Shown here: positions 24,885 through 32,000 of the stretch, in pieces
Layout: every line of letters begins with the position of its first letter
How positions within the stretch are numbered: the stretch's first letter is position 1
Assembly: GCF_900083515.1 (NCBI RefSeq)
Contig: NZ_LT671858.1
Coordinates: 780,001-812,000 of the forward strand
Length of the DNA: 32,000 bases
Direction: 5' to 3'
Source: Cuniculiplasma divulgatum
Lineage (GTDB): Archaea; Thermoplasmatota; Thermoplasmata; Thermoplasmatales; Thermoplasmataceae
Program-made: the position numbers and the translations under genes
The notes under the pieces: model-generated
Told to the model about the DNA's origin: nothing
The model's input: the letters and a program-made list of their open reading frames with translations, nothing else
The model's database searches: none

Positions 24885-25556
24885 TTAAAGTGGAAAGTCC
24901 ATACTACCAAAAGCTTTTTTCCAGTCATCCAGGAACCTTGTAAGGCCTTCAGTTGTTTTTGGGTGGCTTGGAAGTTTAGATAACACGTCAAATGGAAGTG
25001 TTATCACATCTGCTCCCATTATCATTGACCTCAAAACGTGCAATGGACTCCTGATAGATGCTACAAGGATATTTGTCTTCATATCATAATTAGTATAGAT
25101 AGTTTTAATCTGTTCTATAAGTGACATCCCATCTTCCGCTATATCATCGAGCCTACCAACAAATGGGGATACATATGTTGCTCCTGCTTTTGCTGCAAAC
25201 AATGCCTGTATACCACTGAAAATAAGGGTCGAATTAACATGCACTCCCTTATCAGAAAGAGCCTTGGTTACTTTAAGACCAACAGTAGTAAATGGAACCT
25301 TAACAACAGCATTTTTTCCCAGTTCGCTTATTTTGAATGCCTGCTTCAGCATGTTATCGTAATCTTCTGCAATTACCTCAATGCTTACTGGTCCAGGGGT
25401 TTCTTTAAGTATCTTGGTGACAATATCTTTGAAACTTCCACCGTTTTTCATTTCCCTTGCTATTAATGACGGGTTTGTTGTAACTCCATCAAGTAGCCCC
25501 CACTCATTTGCCTGCTTTATCTCGGTTAAATTTGCCGTATCAAGAAATAGTTTCAT
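24885..25556 (-). CDS. tal: Transaldolase / fructose-6-phosphate aldolase (short type 3B)
   Basis: Motifs are MKLFLDTAN and GVTTNPSL. The Schiff-base Lys context is [15 protein letters not shown] is also present. It is 223 aa. Confidence 0.88.
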   Translation of the reverse strand: MKLFLDTANLTEIKQANEWGLLDGVTTNPSLIAREMKNGGSFKDIVTKILKETPGPVSIEVIAEDYDNMLKQAFKISELGKNAVVKVPFTTVGLKVTKALSDKGVHVNSTLIFSGIQALFAAKAGATYVSPFVGRLDDIAEDGMSLIEQIKTIYTNYDMKTNILVASIRSPLHVLRSMIMGADVITLPFDVLSKLPSHPKTTEGLTRFLDDWKKAFGSMDFPL

Positions 25557-26496
25557 ATTTTTTTTCCTCCCTGAATGATTTTACACCAGCTGAAACGATA
25601 TCATTTACACCCATATGAAAATAATCAAACAACTCCCATGATTTACCAGATTTTCCAAAGGAATCCTTCATCCCAACTCTTACTACAGGAACAGGGTATT
25701 CCTCAGAGGTAACTTCGCAGACTCTACTTCCTAAGCCATTGTAAATTGAATGTTCTTCGGCAGTAACTATATGCCCTGTTTTCTTGGCATATTCTATTAT
25801 ATTTGATCTGTCAATGGGTTTGATAGAAGAGACATTTATAACTGCGGTATCTATTGCAAGTTCCTTTAGCTTTTCTGCAGCCTGAAGTGCAAATGAAAGC
25901 ATAGATCCATTTGCAAAAATTGTTAGATCATTCCCATCTCTCATCACAGTATTCTTTCCCTCCCTGAATTGATATCCCTCTTCATTAAGGACTGGAAATT
26001 TTTCCCTGGTGAGTCTTACGTAATAAGGAGTTTTGGTCTTTTCAACCAAGTAATCTATTACAGACTCTGTTTCAACCGAATCTGATGGAACAATAACCTT
26101 CATGTTGGGAAGTCCGCTCATTAATCCTACATCTTCAACCATCTGATGTGTTGCCCCATCTTCACCCACCGTTATACCCGCGTGAGTAACAACGAATTTG
26201 ACGTTTATATTATTGTAACAGACTGACTGCCTTATCTGTTCATATGTCCTTGTCAAAAAAATTGCGAATGTTGAAACAAATGGCTTCAAATCACTGAGAG
26301 CCATCCCTGCAGCTGTTGTAACCATAGACTGTTCTGAAATTCCCATATTAAAGAATCTATCAGGAAACTCTTTTCCGAATGCCTGAGTCTTTGTTGAACT
26401 TGACAGATCTGCATCAAGAACAACAAGATCCTTTTGAACCCTGCCAAGTTCAACCAGTTTCTTTCCATATGCTTCTCTTAAACTTTCACTTTTCAT
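25540..26496 (-). CDS. Transketolase, C-terminal (pyrimidine-binding) subunit
   Basis: Motifs are [21 protein letters not shown] and [15 protein letters not shown]. The ATG at 26496 is preferred over the track GTG at 26508. It overlaps the N-terminal subunit gene by 11 nt. Confidence 0.88.
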   Translation of the reverse strand: MKSESLREAYGKKLVELGRVQKDLVVLDADLSSSTKTQAFGKEFPDRFFNMGISEQSMVTTAAGMALSDLKPFVSTFAIFLTRTYEQIRQSVCYNNINVKFVVTHAGITVGEDGATHQMVEDVGLMSGLPNMKVIVPSDSVETESVIDYLVEKTKTPYYVRLTREKFPVLNEEGYQFREGKNTVMRDGNDLTIFANGSMLSFALQAAEKLKELAIDTAVINVSSIKPIDRSNIIEYAKKTGHIVTAEEHSIYNGLGSRVCEVTSEEYPVPVVRVGMKDSFGKSGKSWELFDYFHMGVNDIVSAGVKSFREEKKYETIS

Positions 26497-27352
26497 AAAT
26501 TCTAGCACCTATTTCACTCAAAGCTTGTTCATACTCTTCATTTGACGCAGGGGGAGATCCGTGGTATTTTGGATTATTCTCCATATAACTTACACCCTTA
26601 CCCTTTACAGTATTGGCTATCAAAAATACTGGCTTATCTGTACTCTTTCTTGCAAAGTCAAAAGCCGCATGTATTTCATTAAAGTTGTGTCCATTAAATT
26701 CCATAACATTCCAGCCAAAAGATTTGACCTTTTCGTAAACATTTCCCATAGGCATTATATCCTTGGTGAAGCCATCTAGCTGAACTCCATTCTTGTCAAG
26801 TATGGCAACCAGATTATTCAGCCTATACTTACTGCCTGCCATGAGTGATTCCCAAATGCTTCCCTCCTCTATTTCTCCATCCCCAAGAACGGCAAAAACT
26901 CTGTAATTTTCCTTTTTGAGTTTTGAAGCAATGGCCATTCCCACTGCCACACCTAATCCCTGTCCAAGGGACCCTGTGGATGATTCAACACCAGGGACTC
27001 CTCGATGAACATGACCTTCAAGTTTTGAGTTTAGCTGTCTAAAATCCATTAAAAGTTCCTGAGGAAAATAACCCCTTAATGCAAGAATACTGTACAGTGC
27101 TGGAGATGCATGTCCCTTGCTCATTACCAGGCGGTCCCTATTTGGCATCTCCGGATCTTTAGGATCTATAACCATCTCTTTGAAATAAAGGTCTGTAAGA
27201 ATATCTATTATACTGAGAGAACCACCTGGATGTCCGCTCTTAGCGCTGTATACCATTTTTATTATTAGGGATCTAGCTGACTGTGCGATATTAAAAAGTG
27301 TCTTATTATCCAGTTTTTTATCCTGGATTTCCATATCACTAGGAAATTCCAT
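26486..27352 (-). CDS. Transketolase, N-terminal (TPP-binding) subunit
   Basis: Motifs are SGHPGGSLS, SKGHASPALY and the TPP motif LGDGEIEEGSIWE. It is 288 aa. Split tkt is common in archaea. Confidence 0.88.
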   Translation of the reverse strand: MEFPSDMEIQDKKLDNKTLFNIAQSARSLIIKMVYSAKSGHPGGSLSIIDILTDLYFKEMVIDPKDPEMPNRDRLVMSKGHASPALYSILALRGYFPQELLMDFRQLNSKLEGHVHRGVPGVESSTGSLGQGLGVAVGMAIASKLKKENYRVFAVLGDGEIEEGSIWESLMAGSKYRLNNLVAILDKNGVQLDGFTKDIMPMGNVYEKVKSFGWNVMEFNGHNFNEIHAAFDFARKSTDKPVFLIANTVKGKGVSYMENNPKYHGSPPASNEEYEQALSEIGARIYEK

Positions 27353-27423
27353 TTTTCACATTGCCCCGAATTACTTTATAGAAAATGAAATTAAAACTTT
27401 TCCTATTTTTACAAACTAAAAAA

Positions 27424-28494
27424 TTATGAAATTTCATGTTTGTCTTTTCTTATATGAAACTCCTCTCCTTCAGGTATAATTCCGGTCGCAAAGAATATGA
27501 TCTTTACCTTTCCTTTAAATGTATTATCGGTTTCCTGTCTGACAATAATGTTTGCACCCGGTGATACTTTGTCCTTCATGAATTTCATTGCTTTTTCCCT
27601 TTCTTCCACGGTTAAGGTATCATCTCCGGAAATGCTTAGAAGGAGACCCCTCGCCTGGGAAATCTCTGAAGAGTTAAATGGAGAATTTAATGCAGATTCG
27701 CAGGCTTCCATTACCCTCTGCTCAGGTGACGAATCAGAAATCCCCACTCCAAATATACCAAGCCCACCAAGTTCAAGAATTTTTTCAAGATCTGAAAGCT
27801 CTGTATTCACAGTTGCACTCTTTGAAACGCTTTCAATCAATCCTTCAATTGCATTCATCATGATGGAATCAGCAAATTCAAGGGCAACGTTGAACAGCTC
27901 CCTTGGTGCATATTTTCTTATCCGGTCATTCTCGAAGAGGATAAGGGAATCGCAGAATTGAATCAGTTCTGATTCTCCTTTTCTGGCATTCTCCATACGT
28001 TTTTTCCCCTCGCTTGCCATTGGGAGGGAAGCTATACCTATAACTATGGAATTTCTTTCCTTTGCCTTCATCGCAAGAAAGGGTGAGGAACCCGTTCCAG
28101 TCCCGCCACCAAGTCCAGTTACAATGATCGCGATTTTAACCCTGTCCAGGCTTTTTTCAATCTCTGTTTGAGACTCTCTGGCTGCAGCATTACCAACCTG
28201 AGGGTCGGCTCCAGCCCCTCTTCCCTTTGTGAGTTGTTTTCCAAGCACAATCTTCTCTTTCACTCCAATCTTACTGAGATGTGATGCATCTGTATTTGCT
28301 GCCGCAAATGAGATTTCGCAATATGGTGAGTTAAAACTTCTATTTACCATTCTCTTGATAGTGTTAGAGCCTGCCCCGCCCATTCCAAAGATCTTTATCC
28401 TTAATTTATTCTCCTCAACAAGTTCTGTGAGTTTTTCCTTTGAAGTACCGTAATTCTCCTCTTCTTCATCAATGCTGGGATTCCCAGAAATCAT
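27424..28494 (-). CDS. ftsZ: Cell division GTPase FtsZ
   Basis: Motifs are IKIFGMGGAGSNT, the tubulin signature GLGGGTGTGSSP, and NDR (FENDRI). It has an acidic ~30-aa N-terminal extension. Confidence 0.9.
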   Translation of the reverse strand: MISGNPSIDEEEENYGTSKEKLTELVEENKLRIKIFGMGGAGSNTIKRMVNRSFNSPYCEISFAAANTDASHLSKIGVKEKIVLGKQLTKGRGAGADPQVGNAAARESQTEIEKSLDRVKIAIIVTGLGGGTGTGSSPFLAMKAKERNSIVIGIASLPMASEGKKRMENARKGESELIQFCDSLILFENDRIRKYAPRELFNVALEFADSIMMNAIEGLIESVSKSATVNTELSDLEKILELGGLGIFGVGISDSSPEQRVMEACESALNSPFNSSEISQARGLLLSISGDDTLTVEEREKAMKFMKDKVSPGANIIVRQETDNTFKGKVKIIFFATGIIPEGEEFHIRKDKHEIS

Positions 28495-28516
28495 AATGAA
28501 TAATAGTATAGGAATA

Positions 28517-28559
28517 TATAAGTTATCTTTTTTGTTTCCTGTATAAATTATAAGTTATC
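28517..28559 (-). promoter_or_regulatory. Two direct copies of GATAACTTATA upstream of ftsZ (the proximal copy overlaps a TATA-like element)
   Basis: On the plus strand, TATAAGTTATC occurs at 28517-28527 and 28549-28559, 32 bp apart. The proximal copy is about 23-33 nt upstream of the ftsZ ATG (28494). Confidence 0.35.
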
Positions 28560-28661
28560 AAAATTAAAACTCAGAAATCTTCTAAAACATTAAGTATAAA
28601 ATAACAAAAATGAAAGAATTGTGGCTAAGCAGATCAAATTAAGATAAAATTAGTATTAAAA

Positions 28662-30266
28662 CTAACTGTAATACTTCTCTCTCAATTTCTTTTTATCGAC
28701 TTTCCCTGTGGAAGTCATATCGAAGGAATCAACTTTCACATATTCGTCTGGCATCCAGAATTTTTCAATTCTCCTTTCTTCTACAAACCTTTTCAGGAAT
28801 TCATCCACTTCCTCTTTTTTAATTGTATTATTTGAAGTGTAGAAAGCAACAGGTCTTTCCCCCCACTTCTCATCTTTCTTACCGATGATAGCTACTCTGT
28901 CAATGCCATCATACAAACTCACTACATCTTCTAGTATCAAAGTCGGAATGAATTCACCACCTGATTTAACAGCATCTTTTTCCCTATCCACTATACAAAG
29001 GTATCCTTTTTCATCGATATAACCAAGATCACCTGTATGAAGCCACCCTTCAGCCCATAACTTTTTTGTAGCCTCGGCATCTTTATAATATTCTTTTGCA
29101 ACATATGGAGACCTTACGAGGATTTCGCCAAATTTCTTCTTTACTTCAGTACCTACATCTGATTTTGACTGTAATATTTTAATTTCGACAAAGGGGGCTG
29201 GAATTCCTGCCTTAATCTCATACTTTTCTCTTTCTTCATCATCAAGATCCCAGGTCTCACTATTGAGCGTGGAGAACGAAACGAGAGGTGCTGTTTCAGA
29301 TAGACCATAAGCTCCAATGCTCGTAACATTAAACGATTTGGCTCTGTTTTTCAGTTCCATGGTTAAAGCCCCACCTCCAATTATACATCTCAGGTTAAGT
29401 GATGGCAGTATATTACTGGAATTTTTCGCAGCCAACAACATATATAGTATGGATGGAACCATTGCAGTTGTACTGACCTTTTCACTCTTCATAAGTTCAA
29501 GTATCTTTTCTGGATTATATCTACCAGGAAGTACATATTTAAGACCTTTAAGAAGGAAAAGTTGAGGAAGACCCCATGCGTGAACGTGAAACATTGGAAC
29601 AAGAGGCATTAAAGTATCACCTGACCCAAGGGATATAGGGTAATCAGACACAGTATTAGCAATCGAAAATGCATGAAGCACAATATCCCTATGGGTAAAA
29701 GAAACACCTTTCGGCATTCCAGTAGTTCCAGATGTATAGAAAAGTGTTGCAGTGTCGTCTTCTGATATATAAGGGAGAGGTGTATTTTCATCTGAATTTA
29801 AAAGGTCTTCGAAATTTATCACGTTATTAAATGGTAAGTTAATTTCTTCCTTAGAAGTCCTATAAATGATCCATCCTTTAACAAAACCAAAGAGTTCTTT
29901 GTATTCAACAAACATCTTGGCTATCTCATCTCTCAGTATCAAGTACGAGTCTTCAGCATGCTGAATGGTGTAATATATAAGCTCTGTTGGGTATCTTATA
30001 TTAACTGTGTGCAATATGGCACCAGTCATTGGAACAGCATAAAAAGACTTCAAGAAATTAATCGTATCCCAGTCAAGAATTCCTATTTTGTCCCCAGGTT
30101 CAACTCCAATTTTAACCAATCCCTTTGCCAGAGAAGTTACATCGGTGCCAAATTTACTGAATGTTGTCCTTCCAAATTCTGAATCTACTATTTCTTGACC
30201 TGGATTTCTAACTGTACTACTTTTTAATAAATTTCCAAGTGTTAGTTCATATTTTACGTAAGCCAT
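28662..30266 (-). CDS. AMP-forming acyl-CoA synthetase (fatty-acid-CoA ligase family)
   Basis: The AMP-binding signature is LFYTSGTTGMPKGV. Also present are YGLSET, GWLHTGDLGYIDEKGYLCIVDREKD and a C-terminal GKVDKKKL. It is 534 aa. Confidence 0.85.
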   Translation of the reverse strand: MAYVKYELTLGNLLKSSTVRNPGQEIVDSEFGRTTFSKFGTDVTSLAKGLVKIGVEPGDKIGILDWDTINFLKSFYAVPMTGAILHTVNIRYPTELIYYTIQHAEDSYLILRDEIAKMFVEYKELFGFVKGWIIYRTSKEEINLPFNNVINFEDLLNSDENTPLPYISEDDTATLFYTSGTTGMPKGVSFTHRDIVLHAFSIANTVSDYPISLGSGDTLMPLVPMFHVHAWGLPQLFLLKGLKYVLPGRYNPEKILELMKSEKVSTTAMVPSILYMLLAAKNSSNILPSLNLRCIIGGGALTMELKNRAKSFNVTSIGAYGLSETAPLVSFSTLNSETWDLDDEEREKYEIKAGIPAPFVEIKILQSKSDVGTEVKKKFGEILVRSPYVAKEYYKDAEATKKLWAEGWLHTGDLGYIDEKGYLCIVDREKDAVKSGGEFIPTLILEDVVSLYDGIDRVAIIGKKDEKWGERPVAFYTSNNTIKKEEVDEFLKRFVEERRIEKFWMPDEYVKVDSFDMTSTGKVDKKKLREKYYS

Positions 30267-30540
30267 TGGGAAATAAATATTACCAATCTAATTTAAACTT
30301 CCCAAATTTTCATTTCACTTATATAGGAAATTATTCTTTTTCCGTAGACTTTCCTAACCTAAGTCTTATTTAGGTGAATAAATATTATTATACATTGCTT
30401 AAAATTTATATATAATTAATTTAATTTTAAAGTAGAATTATAACATCATCTTCCTTTTATATCGTAATTTTCTGCTTCACCATTCTATCATATTTAAAAA
30501 GTAACGATTTTTACAGGCTCCTCATGCAGTTTATTCTTAT

Positions 30541-30550
30541 TATTTAAAAA
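30541..30550 (+). promoter_or_regulatory. TATA-like TATTTAAAAA upstream of the permease gene (identical copy at 30491-30500)
   Basis: The 10-mer occurs twice, exactly 50 bp apart, in the 329-bp divergent intergenic region. The proximal copy is about 50 nt upstream of ATG 30596. Confidence 0.25.
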
Positions 30551-30595
30551 CGTTTTGGAGTAAGACTTTTATGTTATAGTGCTGATATTCCATTG

Positions 30596-32000
30596 ATGGA
30601 TTCTTCAGAAAAAGTAACAAAAAAAATAGCTAGAAAACCTCGATTAAAGAAAGAGCTAGGGTTCTATGAACTTTTGGTTATCGGAATAGCTGGATCTCTT
30701 GGAAATGGTGCTCTTTTTGGAACAATTGATATGGTTGCTGGAGCAGGGCCAAGTGCGATTTTGGCATTTGTATTCGGAGCTTTTATTTACTTAATGGTCG
30801 CGTTTACATACGTGGAGCTTAGCAAGGTCTACCCAGAAGCTGGTGGTCCAACGAGGTACAGTATCTATACCCATGGAAGATGGACTAATTTAATAAATTC
30901 AATGGCAGATATACTCTGGTATTTATTTATTCCGCCAATAGAAGTAGTTGCGATAATTATAGGTTCTGGGTTTTTTCTGCCCGGAGTTTTTGTGACAAAT
31001 CTTGGATACCCAACAATTGATGGAGGACTTCTAGGTGTAGCCCTTCTTCTTACTTTTATTCCAATCAACTACTTTGGAATTAAGCAGTTTGGAAAAACAA
31101 GTAACTGGATCGGTTTGGTAAAACTGGTATTTTACTTAGCCATGGTGATAGGCCTAATTGGATTCGTTTTTGATGCTAAGAATTTATTTAAATATGGATT
31201 TTTCACCACACACACTCCTATCATTTCATTTCTATCGATCATGCCACTGGCTATGTATGACTTTGGTGCAACCAGGGTTATACCAGATCTTGCAGAGGAA
31301 ACGAAGCATAAGAGTGATGTAACAAAGGCTATGATTTTTACAGTTGTTATAGAATCTCTTATCTATATTGGGGTGGCCTTTGCTATAATACTTGGATTCC
31401 ACTGGAGTTCATTTGGTATTAAGCCTGGAGATTTTGGTGCATTGACCAGTGCGCATGCTCTCGTTGGGTTAAATCCATTCTTTGTGTTTACAAAAAGGTC
31501 CGGATTTTACTGGATTTTCATAGCTGCTTTAGTTACAGGATTCATGGCTCCATATGTAACAGGATACATTTACGCAGGAAGTGGCGCAAGGGTAATGATG
31601 GCTATTGGGAGATCTGGATTTATTAATAAGAAATTAAAGTCTATAAATTTAAAACATTCTATACCTCTAGTAGCACTTATCACATTCACAATGATAGGAG
31701 CTATTATTGTTTTCCTATCTGCTCCTGTCCCATCTATATACAGTTTTATAGACGACGCATCAGCTGCTGGATACCTAGGACTAGCGGTTACTCCAATAGC
31801 ATTAATGGTATCAAGAAGACAGGGAGTAACTAAAGAAGAAGATAAATTTAAAGGAATGTGGTTAATTGCACCACTTTCAGTCGGTTTAAGTTCTTTGATT
31901 CCCTTTTGGGCAGGATGGCCTTCTGAGCCTTATGCAGTTTTCTTGATGTTTATAGGTTGTGCACTAATAGGAATTATTTCTAAGGTCAAGATTGGGGCAA
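30596..32000 (+). CDS. APC-superfamily amino acid/polyamine permease (3' end beyond window)
   Basis: This gene is not in the ORF track because no stop is reached. My own translation from ATG 30596 is open to nt 32000: MDSSEKVTKKIARKPRLKKELGFYELLVIGIAGSLGNGALFG...FTYVELSKVYPEAGGPTRYS..., followed by many TM segments. Confidence 0.8.
   Translation, partial: MDSSEKVTKKIARKPRLKKELGFYELLVIGIAGSLGNGALFGTIDMVAGAGPSAILAFVFGAFIYLMVAFTYVELSKVYPEAGGPTRYSIYTHGRWTNLINSMADILWYLFIPPIEVVAIIIGSGFFLPGVFVTNLGYPTIDGGLLGVALLLTFIPINYFGIKQFGKTSNWIGLVKLVFYLAMVIGLIGFVFDAKNLFKYGFFTTHTPIISFLSIMPLAMYDFGATRVIPDLAEETKHKSDVTKAMIFTVVIESLIYIGVAFAIILGFHWSSFGIKPGDFGALTSAHALVGLNPFFVFTKRSGFYWIFIAALVTGFMAPYVTGYIYAGSGARVMMAIGRSGFINKKLKSINLKHSIPLVALITFTMIGAIIVFLSAPVPSIYSFIDDASAAGYLGLAVTPIALMVSRRQGVTKEEDKFKGMWLIAPLSVGLSSLIPFWAGWPSEPYAVFLMFIGCALIGIISKVKIGA

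Overview
This is an AT-rich (mid-30s % GC by eye), very compact archaeal chromosome segment. By my coordinates about 96% is coding, with 31 protein genes. I found no rRNA or tRNA genes, no CRISPR array, and no transposase or integrase. The gene content is RadB, FEN1 with a C-terminal PIP box, archaeal-type ProRS/TyrRS/AsnRS, SMC-ScpA plus an unlinked ScpB, FtsZ, a split transketolase with transaldolase, RNase Z, PurD and malic enzyme. Together with the codon style, this suggests a euryarchaeon, probably a Thermoplasmatales-like acidophile; that assignment is inference only. The ORF track misses one real gene because it runs off the window: an APC-family permease from 30596 to the end. The proS ORF is also open from nt 2.

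Most of the window is ordinary housekeeping, and I do not see a clear-cut new multi-gene system. Five things deserve a second look:
1. A Cas4-family Fe-S nuclease is split into two membrane-anchored halves at a TGA-A-ATG junction. It is translationally coupled to the chromosomal smc-scpA genes.
2. A tightly packed operon reads orphan-DUF309-asnS-hemE-hemH-pseudoGTPase. It places late haem genes that are unusual for archaea next to uncharacterised proteins.
3. A divergently transcribed orphan protein has an acidic linker and an internal repeat. A perfect 14-bp palindrome lies in the promoter region it shares with that operon.
4. An EF-Tu/SelB-like protein lacks an N-terminal P-loop.
5. Convergent genes overlap at their 3' ends at three sites.

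All family assignments come from motifs I read in the translations; no database search was run.
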